From positions 1 through 37,929 of the forward strand of contig CAZZGC010000004.1 in assembly GCA_964653915.1 (NCBI GenBank): a stretch of 37,929 nt of DNA, in the 5' to 3' direction. Position 1 is the first letter of the stretch. Every line of letters begins with the position of its first letter. A program made the position numbers and the translations under genes. The DNA comes from an uncultured Thermodesulfovibrio sp. (GTDB taxonomy: Bacteria > Nitrospirota > Thermodesulfovibrionia > UBA6902). Shown here one piece after another: positions 8,557-18,986 of the stretch. The notes beneath the pieces were generated by a model. That model saw only the letters and a list, made by a program, of their open reading frames with translations. It had not been told where the DNA came from and searched no databases.

Positions 8557-9336
8557 TCAGAAGCTCCTGCCTTTCTTCTTTGGTTTCAGAGGCTTTACGA
8601 TTACAGAATCCTTGAAACGCAGATCAACGTACTTTATCGGCACCCCCCTTTTCCGTATTTCCGGCTCCAGCGACTTCCAGCGCTCGAACTTTGCGTTGTA
8701 ATTGCCGTAGCCGACCTTTATCAGTTCGCCGTCCACATTCATTGACAGCCCATATGGCTGCAGGCTGATCTCTACTGTCTCACGATTTACAAACAGCTTT
8801 TTTTGATTGAGAACGGCAACAAGACGAACCGCTTCTGTCATCGACTTCCTGTCACGCGGACTAATATTTTTTATCACCGGCAGAAATGGAACTGTATCTC
8901 CCTTTATCCTCTCGAGCACTTCGCCGTCACCATCAAGCAGGTACAGGCGTTTATTGGCACTCAGCAGCGCTCGTGGTGTTGCCTCGCGTATTCTTATCTC
9001 TATGGAATCGGGCAGGAGTTTCTTCACGGAGACCTCCTTGATCCATGCATGACGGCGCAGGTTACTGTCAATTTCCTGAAGGCTCACACCGAGCAGAGGT
9101 TCGCCCTTTTTTATCCCCGAAAACTCCACGATCTCGGAAGAATCGAGATGATAATTCCCGGTAATCTTCACTTCCTTCACCCTGATTGTCCTGTACAGGT
9201 ACTTCGCACCAATTCCCGATGTTACGGCTATTGAGACCAGAATCATCAGAATTGTGCCCCTTCTGAGCAATGCCGCAATCTTCTCGCCACGGCCCTTTTT
9301 GTTCTTCTTTCCCTTTTTCTTATTCTTTGAGCGCAA
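8557..9336 (-). CDS. ftsQ: Cell division protein FtsQ/DivIB (POTRA domain)
   Basis: Basic N-terminus, a single TM segment, and a POTRA-like region ([17 protein letters not shown]). Positioned between ddl and ftsA. Confidence 0.85.
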   Translation of the reverse strand: MRSKNKKKGKKNKKGRGEKIAALLRRGTILMILVSIAVTSGIGAKYLYRTIRVKEVKITGNYHLDSSEIVEFSGIKKGEPLLGVSLQEIDSNLRRHAWIKEVSVKKLLPDSIEIRIREATPRALLSANKRLYLLDGDGEVLERIKGDTVPFLPVIKNISPRDRKSMTEAVRLVAVLNQKKLFVNRETVEISLQPYGLSMNVDGELIKVGYGNYNAKFERWKSLEPEIRKRGVPIKYVDLRFKDSVIVKPLKPKKKGRSF

Positions 9337-10297
9337 TTCTCAGAATCTCCTCTATCAGATTATTGAACTCCATGCCCGCCGACTTTGCGATCTTGGGCAG
9401 AAGACTCGTCTCCGTCATACCGGGCAGCGTGTTAACCTCCAGAATAAACGGCCGGTGATCATGATCCATAATAAAATCCACCCTGTCCGCACCGGAACAT
9501 CCAAGAGCCATATGGGCATTCAATGCGTCTGATTTGACACGCTCCATCGCCTCTTCATCAATCTGCGGTGGTATGATATATTCAGTCAGGCCGGATGTAT
9601 ATTTGGCCTCATAGTTGTAAAACTCCTTCGACGGCCTCACCTCCACGCCCCCGAGGGCACGGTTTCCCAGGATGCCGATATGCAGTTCCCTTCCCTCGAT
9701 GAACTGCTCCACTAACACCCTTCTGCCGAAACGGAATGACTCCTCGATCGCGGTGTTGAGGTTCTGCCGTTCCCTGACGATGCAGACCCCGATACTCGAT
9801 CCCTCGGCCGCCGGCTTGACTACCCATGGGGGGCCGAACTCAATTTCGGGGATATCGGGATATACAAATGCTCCTGAGATGTCGGCCACTCCGGCATCCG
9901 CCTTCTCCCTGCCGGTCTTCTGCCTTACTACTATATAGGGCGCTACATTCAGGCCATGAGCGATGAAAATCTTCTTTGACATCTCCTTGTCCATCGCCAA
10001 TGCCGAGGCAAGCACGCCTGAGCCGGTGTATGGAATTCCGAGAACCTCGAGCAACCCCTGCATGGCACCGTTTTCCCCTGTACCCCCATGAAGGGCCAGA
10101 AAGGCAACCCTGATCTTTTCTTTCTTCAGCCTGGTGACAACATCGCGGTCCACGTCTATGGCAACCACATCGTAACCGAGTTCCTGAAGGCCCTGATATA
10201 TCGCAAGCCCGCTCCTGATCGAGACATCTCTCTCGGAAGATTGCCCACCCATAAGCACTCCTATTCTCTTTCTGGTTACCGGACCCTTCCTGGTCAT
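9320..10297 (-). CDS. ddl: D-alanine--D-alanine ligase
   Basis: ATP-grasp Ddl pattern ([36 protein letters not shown]). Confidence 0.95.
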   Translation of the reverse strand: MTRKGPVTRKRIGVLMGGQSSERDVSIRSGLAIYQGLQELGYDVVAIDVDRDVVTRLKKEKIRVAFLALHGGTGENGAMQGLLEVLGIPYTGSGVLASALAMDKEMSKKIFIAHGLNVAPYIVVRQKTGREKADAGVADISGAFVYPDIPEIEFGPPWVVKPAAEGSSIGVCIVRERQNLNTAIEESFRFGRRVLVEQFIEGRELHIGILGNRALGGVEVRPSKEFYNYEAKYTSGLTEYIIPPQIDEEAMERVKSDALNAHMALGCSGADRVDFIMDHDHRPFILEVNTLPGMTETSLLPKIAKSAGMEFNNLIEEILRIALKE

Positions 10298-10325
10298 TGT
10301 CTGGTTCCTCTTGCTTTACTCATGC

Positions 10326-11252
10326 TCACAGATTACGTCCAGCCAGCCTGACCTCAGGTTCGAGATCGATGCCGCTTTTCTCCTTCACTTTCATCTTCAC
10401 TTCGTTCATCAGATCAACAAAATCCCTGCAATGCGCCGGGCCCCTGTTTATGAAGTAGTTGGCATGGATCTGACTTACTTCGATGCCCCCCCTTGACATC
10501 CCCTTGCAGCCAGCCTCTTCAATGAGCCTCCCTGCGCTGTCATCAGGTGGGTTGCGAAAAACACAACCGGCCGATGACTCGTTGAGGGGCTGACTTTCCC
10601 TCTTCCGTTCGAGTACCTCGAGCATCCGCTCCTGTATCTCTTCCGGAGCGGATTTCAAAAGCTTCAGATTGGCACTTAGTATCAGCCGATCCGCAGAAAT
10701 ACTGGTGCTCCTGTAACCGAACTCCATATCATCCCTTCTGAGCACGAAAAGACCGCCTTTCATATCCATCACTGTAACCGATTCGATCAGCTTCCCGATC
10801 TCCATGCCATATGAGCCTGCATTCATCGAGACCGCACCGCCGATCGAACCGGGAATCCCTGCTAACGATTCCATTCCGGAAAGGCCATGTTTCTGGGCAA
10901 AATTCATGACGGCGGCAAGCCTCGCGCCGGCTCCGGCAAATATCACACCTGTTGTTTCATCCTGTTGTTTCGTCAGCTCGATCTTGTTAAACTCCCGCAG
11001 AGAGACCACTATACCCTCTACCCCCTTGTCACTGACAAGCAGATTGGTACCGCCACCGAGCACAAGCACAGGAATCCCTCCGGAAACTGCCGCGGATAGC
11101 GCGGCCCTCAGCGAAAGGGGATCCTCAGGGAACAGCATCAGATCCGCCGGACCGCCTATGCCGAGAGAAGTGTGCTTCGACATGGGTTCATTGAACCTTA
11201 CCTCCCCGCGAAAGGAGTCTCTTATACGATCGACAAACCTGTCTGCGTTCAT
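10326..11252 (-). CDS. murB: UDP-N-acetylenolpyruvoylglucosamine reductase
   Basis: FAD-binding MurB pattern (GIGGPAD, LGGGTNLL, SAGCVFRNP). The start is moved to the ATG at 11252, which forms an ATGA overlap with the murC stop. The track start at 11297 would overlap murC by 49 nt. Confidence 0.9.
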   Translation of the reverse strand: MNADRFVDRIRDSFRGEVRFNEPMSKHTSLGIGGPADLMLFPEDPLSLRAALSAAVSGGIPVLVLGGGTNLLVSDKGVEGIVVSLREFNKIELTKQQDETTGVIFAGAGARLAAVMNFAQKHGLSGMESLAGIPGSIGGAVSMNAGSYGMEIGKLIESVTVMDMKGGLFVLRRDDMEFGYRSTSISADRLILSANLKLLKSAPEEIQERMLEVLERKRESQPLNESSAGCVFRNPPDDSAGRLIEEAGCKGMSRGGIEVSQIHANYFINRGPAHCRDFVDLMNEVKMKVKEKSGIDLEPEVRLAGRNL

Positions 11253-12640
11253 CCTTTCCGCCCCTTCCGCCTGATAAACTTCTCTCCGGCCTTCCATACA
11301 TCACCTGCTCCAAGTGTTATAAGGGTGTCGCCACTTTCCAGCTCTCTCTCAAGAAAACTGACCACATCCTCCATATCCCTGATAAAGACCACATCGCTGT
11401 TGAGATGACCAATGCCCCTGCTGAGGGACTCAGCGGTCACTCCCGGAATCGGATTCTCCCCTGCAGCGTATATATCGGTAACGATCACCCTGTCAGCATC
11501 GGTAAAGGCCCCGAAAAATTCATCCATGAGGTCTCTCGTGCGGGTGTATCTGTGTGGCTGAAACAGCACCACCAATCGCCCCTCCTTATCTTCAGAGGCG
11601 CTTATCGCCTCACGCGCAGCCTTCAATGTCGCCATAATCTCAGCCGGATGGTGGCCGTAATCATCGATTACCCTTATACCGCCAACGGTGCCCTTGAATT
11701 CGAACCTCCTGTGCACACCACTGAACTCCCTGAGAGCCTTTCTTACCTTTTCCATCTTCATGCCGAGTTCTCCCGCCACCGCGATCGCAGCGAGACAGTT
11801 ACATACGTTGTGGCGCCCTACAAGGGGAAGCGTGAACTCTCCAATGGAATTCCCGTTCAGCACCGCCTCGAAAGTGGATTCGAGGCCACTGACCCTTATA
11901 TTGGTAGCTATCAGGTCTACGCCTTCACCAAGACCGTATGTAACGCATCTCCGGCCGATTTCCGGCAGTATCTCCTTAACATGAATATTATCTCCATAGA
12001 GTATATTGAGCCCGTAAAAAGGCACCTTGTTGGCAAAAGAGATAAAGGCCTCCTTGATCCTTGTGATGTCGCCGAAGTAATCCATATGTTCCCTGTCTAT
12101 GTTGGTTATTACAGCAATGGTGGGAGAGAGTTTCAGGAACGAGCCGTCGCTTTCATCCGCCTCGGCGATAAGGAACTCTCCCTGTCCCAGGCGTGCGTTG
12201 CTCCCGATGCCCCTGAGCTTGCCGCCTATTACAACTGTGGGGTCAAATCCACCCTCTCCCAGAACACTTGCCACAAGGGATGTGGTGGTAGTCTTCCCGT
12301 GAGCACCTGCAATGAGAACAGAATTCTTCATTCTTGCCAGCTCAGCGAGCATCTCTGCCCTGGGTATCACAGGGATATCCATACGCCTCGCCTCTTCTAC
12401 CTCCGGATTGTATTCAGATACGGCTGAAGATATCACCACTACATCAGCCTTTTTAAGGTTCTCCTTGCTGTGTCCGATATTCACGTCTATGCCGAGGCTG
12501 CGCAGACGCCGTGTGGTCTCGGTCTCACGCAGGTCGGAACCTCCAACTTCGTAACCTAAATTCTTTAGAACTTCGGCAATTCCGCTCATCCCGACTCCGC
12601 CTATTCCCACAAAATGGACCCTCTGGAAATGCTTGTACAT
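11249..12640 (-). CDS. murC: UDP-N-acetylmuramate--L-alanine ligase
   Basis: Mur ligase pattern (VHFVGIGGVGMSGIA, GAHGKTTTTS, DDYGHHP). Confidence 0.95.
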   Translation of the reverse strand: MYKHFQRVHFVGIGGVGMSGIAEVLKNLGYEVGGSDLRETETTRRLRSLGIDVNIGHSKENLKKADVVVISSAVSEYNPEVEEARRMDIPVIPRAEMLAELARMKNSVLIAGAHGKTTTTSLVASVLGEGGFDPTVVIGGKLRGIGSNARLGQGEFLIAEADESDGSFLKLSPTIAVITNIDREHMDYFGDITRIKEAFISFANKVPFYGLNILYGDNIHVKEILPEIGRRCVTYGLGEGVDLIATNIRVSGLESTFEAVLNGNSIGEFTLPLVGRHNVCNCLAAIAVAGELGMKMEKVRKALREFSGVHRRFEFKGTVGGIRVIDDYGHHPAEIMATLKAAREAISASEDKEGRLVVLFQPHRYTRTRDLMDEFFGAFTDADRVIVTDIYAAGENPIPGVTAESLSRGIGHLNSDVVFIRDMEDVVSFLERELESGDTLITLGAGDVWKAGEKFIRRKGRKG

Positions 12641-12664
12641 TATGTTATACAGCCTCTTTCGTCT

Positions 12665-13810
12665 TCATATTTCAATTGCCGCATGTGTACGCTCATGCCC
12701 CGGCAGATGAGTCTCCTTTTTTTTTATGAGTGACTCAAGAAGATCGGTTATCCTGGCGGATGCGCCGGGATTGCCAAGCGACCTGCTTATCGTTGCCATC
12801 TCCCTGAGTTCATCAGGATTATCAAGAAATCGCGCGATGATGTCAGCAATCTTCCGCCCGTTCAGCTCGCGGTCGAGAATCATCCGGGCAGCTCCCATAT
12901 CCACAAGCTTGCGGGCATTTATCTCCTGATGCCGCGCCGCCGCATATGGATAAGGCACCAGCACGGCGGCCTTGCCGCAAGCGGTCAGTTCCGCCAGAGT
13001 AGTGGCACCGGCCCTCGAAATTACAAGATCAGCCACCGCATAGGCCTCCGCCATTTCATGGGCAAAAGGGATGACGGCCCCCCTGAATCCCCGAGTCCTG
13101 TATATGCGTTTTACCGCTTCATGGTCTTTCTCGCCGGTCTGATGGAGTATCTGTATCCTGTCCTTCAGATGATCCAGATATCCAAGGGCCTCGGCCATAG
13201 CCTTGTTGATCCTCGCAGCGCCACGACTGCCTCCAAAAACAAATACCGTAAACCGATCCCTGTCAAGACTGAACATCTTCAAACCCTGTTCCTTGCTCCC
13301 GAGAACTATATCCTTTCTGACCGGATTGCCTGTCACAGTTACCTTCTCTGCAGGGAAAAAGCCTGTACTTTCGTGATACGTCACTGCCACGGCATCCACA
13401 ATCCTGCCAAGTATCCTGTTTGTGAGTCCCGGCATTGTATTCTGCTCATGGATCATGGTAGGAATATTCATTAACCGGCCGCAGAGCACTACAGGCCCTG
13501 AACTGTATCCGCCCACACCAAGCACTGCAGCAGGCCTCAGCTCGCGAAGTATGGAGAATGAATCCTTCAGCGACAGCGGAATCATCATGGCCGATCTCAT
13601 AGTGCGCAAAGGGCCCTTCCCCACGAGACCTTCAGAACGGATGAACCTGATCTCGTACCCCTCCCTTGGAACAACCTTGGATTCCAAGCCGCGGGCGGTG
13701 CCCGCAAAAATCACACGGATGTCGCGGTTTCTCGATGTCAGTTCTCCGGCAATGGCGATCGCCGGGAATACATGTCCGCCGGTTCCGCCGCCCGCAATGA
13801 CTATGTTCAT
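12665..13810 (-). CDS. murG: Lipid II-forming N-acetylglucosaminyl transferase MurG
   Basis: N-terminal GGGTGGHVFPA and GT28 family features. Has a 4-nt overlap with the ftsW stop. Confidence 0.95.
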   Translation of the reverse strand: MNIVIAGGGTGGHVFPAIAIAGELTSRNRDIRVIFAGTARGLESKVVPREGYEIRFIRSEGLVGKGPLRTMRSAMMIPLSLKDSFSILRELRPAAVLGVGGYSSGPVVLCGRLMNIPTMIHEQNTMPGLTNRILGRIVDAVAVTYHESTGFFPAEKVTVTGNPVRKDIVLGSKEQGLKMFSLDRDRFTVFVFGGSRGAARINKAMAEALGYLDHLKDRIQILHQTGEKDHEAVKRIYRTRGFRGAVIPFAHEMAEAYAVADLVISRAGATTLAELTACGKAAVLVPYPYAAARHQEINARKLVDMGAARMILDRELNGRKIADIIARFLDNPDELREMATISRSLGNPGASARITDLLESLIKKKETHLPGHERTHAAIEI

Positions 13811-14961
13811 CGTACTCTCCTGCTGGTTCGTACATTGTATGCCGGTACCTCACCGGACTTAACCGCAGCCCCTGCACTGTTCCGGATAGATATACCCGCA
13901 AGCATACCGGCGGCGGCCATATTAATAAGGAGGGCTGACCCTCCGTAGCTTACAAACGGCAACGGCAGTCCCTTGGTCGGCATCAGGCCGGTCGAAACCG
14001 CAAAATTAACAAGCACCTGTACTCCGATCATCATGGTGAGGCCCAGTGCAAGAAAATAACTGAATGCATCCGAGGTCTTCGAGGACACCTTAAGCCCCTT
14101 TATGAAAAGCCATAGAAAAAGCCCCATAACAATAAGCACGCCGGCAAGTCCGAGCTCTTCCCCGATTATCGAAAATATGAAATCCGTATGGACCTCCGGC
14201 AAAAAATAAAGCTTCTGCCTGCTGCCACCCAGACCCATGCCGAACATCCCCCCGTTGCCGAAGGCTATGAATGACTGAATGAGCTGGAAACCGCAGTCAA
14301 AGGGTTCCTTCCATGGATCGGTAAAACACATTATTCTCCTGAGCCTGTATGAAGACGATACTATCAGGGCAAACACAGCCGGAAGCGCAGCCAGAACCAG
14401 CAGCCCGACATGCGAAAGCCTAGCCCCTCCGAGCACAAGCAGGGTTACGGTCAGAATGCCGAGACTCATTACAGCACCGAAATCCGGCTGCATTATCAGT
14501 ATCGCCTGAAAAACGAGCATGACGCCGACGGGAATCGCTATACCATAACGAAAATCACGCATCCTGCCGGAATACCTGTCCATATAGTCCGCAAGAAATA
14601 TGACCATTACGAGCTTTGCAAATTCCGAAGGCTGAAACGTCGATGGCCACAACTGAATCCATCTCCTGGCGCCGTTGGCCGACTTGCCTATTCCCGGAAC
14701 AAACACCAGAAGAAGCAGCACAAGAGAAAGCCCCATAAGCACATAGATGAAAGATCGCCACCTGCGGTAGTCTATTCTGAATATGACCGACATGGCTGCA
14801 GCACCGACAAACACGGTAAAAACCTGATTTCGCAGATAATGAAATCCGTTACCGAACTCCCTCGATGAGATCACCACTGTAGAGCTGTATATCATCAAAA
14901 GCCCGATTACCACAAGCGCTGTTACAGCCAGAAGAATATCCCTGGTATCGCTGTCTATCAC
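13807..14961 (-). CDS. ftsW: FtsW (SEDS family lipid II flippase/peptidoglycan glycosyltransferase)
   Basis: Polytopic SEDS protein (PEVHTDFIFS.., SYGGSALL). The preferred start is the GTG at 14961, forming a GTGA overlap with the murD stop. The track ATG at 15033 would overlap murD by 76 nt, so the start is uncertain. Confidence 0.85.
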   Translation of the reverse strand: MIDSDTRDILLAVTALVVIGLLMIYSSTVVISSREFGNGFHYLRNQVFTVFVGAAAMSVIFRIDYRRWRSFIYVLMGLSLVLLLLVFVPGIGKSANGARRWIQLWPSTFQPSEFAKLVMVIFLADYMDRYSGRMRDFRYGIAIPVGVMLVFQAILIMQPDFGAVMSLGILTVTLLVLGGARLSHVGLLVLAALPAVFALIVSSSYRLRRIMCFTDPWKEPFDCGFQLIQSFIAFGNGGMFGMGLGGSRQKLYFLPEVHTDFIFSIIGEELGLAGVLIVMGLFLWLFIKGLKVSSKTSDAFSYFLALGLTMMIGVQVLVNFAVSTGLMPTKGLPLPFVSYGGSALLINMAAAGMLAGISIRNSAGAAVKSGEVPAYNVRTSRRVR

Positions 14962-16463
14962 AAGTTCTTCACCGCCTCCCTGAAGCGTCTTCCCCGTTCT
15001 TCGAAATTCTCGAACATATCGAAACTTGCACATCCCGGGGCAAGCAGTACCGTATCGCCGGGCGATGCCGAGGCAAAGGCGACCCTGACTGCATCATCAA
15101 GATCGCGCGCAACAGACGCCTTTACATATCCCGACAGTGCCTTTTCGATGATCTCCGCAGCAGCCCCGATAAGAATCAGATGCCTGACCCGTTCACTTAC
15201 CAGGGCAGACAAGGCCGAGAAATCTCCTCCCTTGTCAAGTCCGCCCATTATTAGTATGACTCTGTCAAGCCCTTCAAGAGATTTCATAACAGCCCCAACA
15301 TTCGTCGCCTTGGAGTCGTTTATGAAGGTAACTCCGTCGAGTTCCCGGACAAACTCCAGCCTGTGCTCCAGACCCGGGAATCTCCGCAGGACCGTCGTAG
15401 CGGACTCGGTAGACGCACCTGCAAGAACGGCTATCAGAATGGCTGCCATAGCGTTCTCCATATTATGTGCGCCTCTGATTCTTACCATCTCCTCAGAAAT
15501 AACCGGACTGTCCTTGCAACTGACATGTATATCGGGAAGATTGCACCAGATCATGCCATCCCGCAGGTACACGCCGGTCACCTGCTCTCTTCTGCTGAAA
15601 TAAAGCACTCTTGCCTTAATATTCTCTTCCGGACAAAGTCGCCTCAATACCGGATCATCAGCGTTAAGGATAAGGTAGTCATCAGGTTGCTGATTCATGA
15701 ATATCCTCGCCTTTGCCTCTGTATAATCATCCATGGATGCATAACGGTCAAGATGATCTGCACTGACGTTGAGAATGGCCGATATGCGGGGTCTGAAATC
15801 CTGTATTGTCTCGAGCTGAAAACTCGATATCTCGGCCACTATGTAATCAGGCAACACTGCCACATTCCTGTCTCCACTGACCGCGGTATCCGCAACTTCA
15901 GCAACGACGCCGGACATTGCTCTTCCTATATTTCCGGCGGCGATGGAACGGTAGCCGAATTCCTGCAGCATCATATCCACCAGTGTCGTCACTGTAGACT
16001 TGCCGTTCGTTCCGGTAATGCCTATGATGTGGGGGGACAACAGATGCGTGTCGGCAACCGAGGTCTCCCTCATGCGATGCTTGATCAGCCGCAGGGCCTG
16101 ATAAGCGGCCTCCAGTTCACCTATAACGGGCCGTCCTGCGTTCATGGCCGCCCTCACTGCCGGGGAATCAAGAGGCACTCCGGGACTCACTACTACAACA
16201 TCAGCATTCTCAAACTCTTCTACAGGATTAGAGCCGGCTATCAGCCTGACTACCGGGACAAGCGTGTCAACATAGGGAGTGAGCTCTCCGGCGGGTTTCA
16301 TATCTGTGACCGCCACCTCCGCACCGAGGCCGGCAAGAAGGTTTGCCGCTGCAGCCCCGCTCCTCGCAAGTCCGGCAACCAGGACCTTTTTACCTTTAAT
16401 GTCTTGAAGGAGATCCATCTCTTCAGTTACCATCATCATCCAGTCTCTGTATCCCTCCGGCAT
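14958..16463 (-). CDS. murD: UDP-N-acetylmuramoylalanine--D-glutamate ligase
   Basis: Mur ligase pattern (VAGLARSG, GITGTNGKSTV). Several in-frame ATGs (codons 9-11 and 16) are alternative starts. Confidence 0.92.
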   Translation of the reverse strand: MPEGYRDWMMMVTEEMDLLQDIKGKKVLVAGLARSGAAAANLLAGLGAEVAVTDMKPAGELTPYVDTLVPVVRLIAGSNPVEEFENADVVVVSPGVPLDSPAVRAAMNAGRPVIGELEAAYQALRLIKHRMRETSVADTHLLSPHIIGITGTNGKSTVTTLVDMMLQEFGYRSIAAGNIGRAMSGVVAEVADTAVSGDRNVAVLPDYIVAEISSFQLETIQDFRPRISAILNVSADHLDRYASMDDYTEAKARIFMNQQPDDYLILNADDPVLRRLCPEENIKARVLYFSRREQVTGVYLRDGMIWCNLPDIHVSCKDSPVISEEMVRIRGAHNMENAMAAILIAVLAGASTESATTVLRRFPGLEHRLEFVRELDGVTFINDSKATNVGAVMKSLEGLDRVILIMGGLDKGGDFSALSALVSERVRHLILIGAAAEIIEKALSGYVKASVARDLDDAVRVAFASASPGDTVLLAPGCASFDMFENFEERGRRFREAVKNL

Positions 16464-16513
16464 ATCCGATAATCCATCCCATTAACATATCTTACGGGCG
16501 GTCTCCATTGCCG

Positions 16514-17596
16514 TTATCTCACTTTAAGTGTCGTCAGACTCATAAGGGCCAGTATCACTCCGATTATCCAGAACCTGATTATGACCTTGGGTTCGGGCCA
16601 CCCCTTCTCTTCAAAGTGATGATGAATCGGCGCCATCTTGAATACCCGTCTGCCGGTCAGCTTGAAAGAGAGCACCTGTATCATCACCGATACCGTCTCT
16701 ATAACAAAAATGCCGCCCACTACGGCAAGCACTATTTCCTGCTTTGTAATGACGGCGAGCGTCCCGAGAGCTCCGCCGAGTCCGAGAGATCCAACATCGC
16801 CCATGAATATCTCTGCAGGATAGCTGTTGTACCAGAGAAAGCCAAGGGCCGCTCCAAACATTGCCCCGCAAAAGATCGTCAGCTCACCTACCCTCGGCAG
16901 GTACAGGACATGCAGATACTGTGAAAACCCCGAATGCCCGGATATATATACGAGCGCCCCGTTGGCCAGACATGCTATCCCTACAAGTCCTATCGCCAGA
17001 CCGTCTATGCCGTCCGTGAGATTGACCGCATTGGATGAGCCGACAATCACCATGATGGAAAAGGGAATATAGAACCAGCCGAGATCAATCAGCCACTGTT
17101 TAAAAAAAGGTATGCTTAACTTGGCAATATACAGATCCTCCGGATCGTGATAGAACATGAGTCCGATTCCCATGGCAAGGAGTATCTGTGCTCCAAACTT
17201 GTACCATCCCTTAAGGCCTTTGGGGTCGCGCCTGACCGCCTTCAGGTAATCGTCGGTAAAACCGATCAGTCCAAAACCGAGGATTGCGACTATCATTATA
17301 CGCATGAATTTATTGGCCAGGTCACCCCACATTACTACGCTGACTACTATAGACAATATGATCAGTACGCCGCCCATCGTAGGAGTTCCTTCCTTGCCGA
17401 GGTGGGTCTTTGGCCCGTCATTCCTCACATGCTGGGTCATGCTGAATTTTTTCATCTTGCCTATTATCCATGGTGCCAGAATGAATGTAATCAAAAGAGA
17501 GGTCAGGGCAGCCAGCGCGGTCCTGAATGTGATGTACCGGAATACATTGAACGGAGAATAAAAATCATGCAATGCATAAAAAAACTTATATAGCAT
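16514..17596 (-). CDS. mraY: Phospho-N-acetylmuramoyl-pentapeptide transferase
   Basis: Polytopic MraY pattern (GTPTMGG, NAVNLTDGIDGLA, HHHFE). Confidence 0.97.
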   Translation of the reverse strand: MLYKFFYALHDFYSPFNVFRYITFRTALAALTSLLITFILAPWIIGKMKKFSMTQHVRNDGPKTHLGKEGTPTMGGVLIILSIVVSVVMWGDLANKFMRIMIVAILGFGLIGFTDDYLKAVRRDPKGLKGWYKFGAQILLAMGIGLMFYHDPEDLYIAKLSIPFFKQWLIDLGWFYIPFSIMVIVGSSNAVNLTDGIDGLAIGLVGIACLANGALVYISGHSGFSQYLHVLYLPRVGELTIFCGAMFGAALGFLWYNSYPAEIFMGDVGSLGLGGALGTLAVITKQEIVLAVVGGIFVIETVSVMIQVLSFKLTGRRVFKMAPIHHHFEEKGWPEPKVIIRFWIIGVILALMSLTTLKVR

Positions 17597-18947
17597 TTCT
17601 CAGTTTCTCCACAGCCTTTTCCAGGGCCATTGACCGTGACCCCTTCACCAGCACCGTATCTCCCGGCCTCACAATGGCGGTGATTTTTTCACAAACTTCA
17701 TCTGCGTCAGAAAAAATATACCTCCCGGTCCCTTCTATTTTCCCGGCCGCCCGCCCCATCTGCTCACCCACGGCAACGATCAGATCGACGCCTAAAGATA
17801 CTGCAAGTGAAACTATGTCTTCGTGTGCCTGGTCTGCAAACTTTCCAAGCTCAAACATATCACCGAGGACAGCCACCTTCCTCCCCCCCTGCGCTATTTT
17901 CACGAACTCCCTTAAAGAAGCCTCCATTGAAGTGGGATTGGCGTTGTATGAATCATTTATTATCCGGCATCCGCCTGCCTCGATGATCTCGAACCGCATG
18001 GTACATGGGTTGAATGTTCCGAGTCCCCGGCTGATCTCTGCCGGCCCGAAGCCCAGCAGCGAACAGACGGCCGATGCTGCAAGTGCGTTATAGATATTGA
18101 AAACCCCCGCGGCGGACAGCCTGACGCGGCTGCTGCCGGCATCGCCTAAATCAAGGAGAAAACTCATGCTGTCCCGATCCATGGATATTTCCCGCGCAGT
18201 TACGTCGGCACCCTGCTGAATACCGAACGTCACGAGACGTCCGTCAAAATCCTCCACGCTGCCAATACCCTCCATGAGTCCCGCATCGTCAGCATTCACA
18301 CAGGCCGCCTTCAACCCCGGCAGGAGTTCGAGCTTGGCGTCCCTAACCCCTTCATAGCTGCCGAGCCTGCCTATATGCGCCCTGCCAACGTTGGTTATGA
18401 CGCCATGCGTTGGGGAGGCTATTTCGCATAACCGCCTGATCTCGCCTGCGGCGTTCATTCCCATCTCAAGGACCAGGACCTCATGTTCAGGCCCCATCCT
18501 CAGAACGCTCAATGGAAGACCTATATGGTTGTTCAGATTTCCTTCGTTTTTCAGTGTCATTTTCTTCGTGGAACAGATCGAATATATCATCTCCTTTGTG
18601 GTCGTCTTGCCGTTGCTGCCTGTCACTGCTATCACCGGTATATCCCTTTTCATTCTGACGAAACCGGCCAGAGACTGAAGGGACCGTAGCGTGTCATCGA
18701 CAACGATAACAACCTTCCCCTCGGGCAAGTGCTCAGGTTGAGTTTCGACCATCGCTCCGGCGGCCTTAGAGAGGGCGTCCCGGACAAAGTCATGACCATC
18801 GAATCTCTCACCTCTTATCGCAATGAACAGTTCGCCTTCTCTCACTGTGCGTGAATCTATAGAGACCCCGCTGAAAGAGATCAAGTCCTTCGTTAGCAGG
18901 GTCCCCCCTGTGGCATCCAGTATATCTTTCACCGTTATCTCCGGCAT
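17586..18947 (-). CDS. murF: UDP-N-acetylmuramoyl-tripeptide--D-alanyl-D-alanine ligase
   Basis: Mur ligase pattern (VTGSNGKTTTKE, NDSYNANP). Confidence 0.93.
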   Translation of the reverse strand: MPEITVKDILDATGGTLLTKDLISFSGVSIDSRTVREGELFIAIRGERFDGHDFVRDALSKAAGAMVETQPEHLPEGKVVIVVDDTLRSLQSLAGFVRMKRDIPVIAVTGSNGKTTTKEMIYSICSTKKMTLKNEGNLNNHIGLPLSVLRMGPEHEVLVLEMGMNAAGEIRRLCEIASPTHGVITNVGRAHIGRLGSYEGVRDAKLELLPGLKAACVNADDAGLMEGIGSVEDFDGRLVTFGIQQGADVTAREISMDRDSMSFLLDLGDAGSSRVRLSAAGVFNIYNALAASAVCSLLGFGPAEISRGLGTFNPCTMRFEIIEAGGCRIINDSYNANPTSMEASLREFVKIAQGGRKVAVLGDMFELGKFADQAHEDIVSLAVSLGVDLIVAVGEQMGRAAGKIEGTGRYIFSDADEVCEKITAIVRPGDTVLVKGSRSMALEKAVEKLRNAI

Positions 18948-18986
18948 GGCGGTTCTATTCCGCTGCCGCCGTTAGCTCTCTTTCCA

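Noticed and set aside
11405-12427. Long plus-strand ORFs antisense to dcw genes: 11405..12427 (340 aa), 15363..16472 (369 aa), 21227..22018 (263 aa), 5513..6190 (225 aa) and many shorter ones.
   Set aside because: Each lies fully inside a minus-strand gene with unmistakable conserved motifs (murC, murD, ftsI, ftsZ/proS). Their translations are low-complexity or Arg/Ser/Pro/His-rich, with no recognisable domains. They are typical antisense frame artefacts.
12717-12725. A T9 homopolymer (A9 on the coding strand) inside the 3' end of murG, as a possible slippage or phase-variation site.
   Set aside because: It encodes the Lys run of a non-conserved C-terminal tail, 20 codons before the stop. 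A shift would affect only that tail, and there is no evidence of variation.
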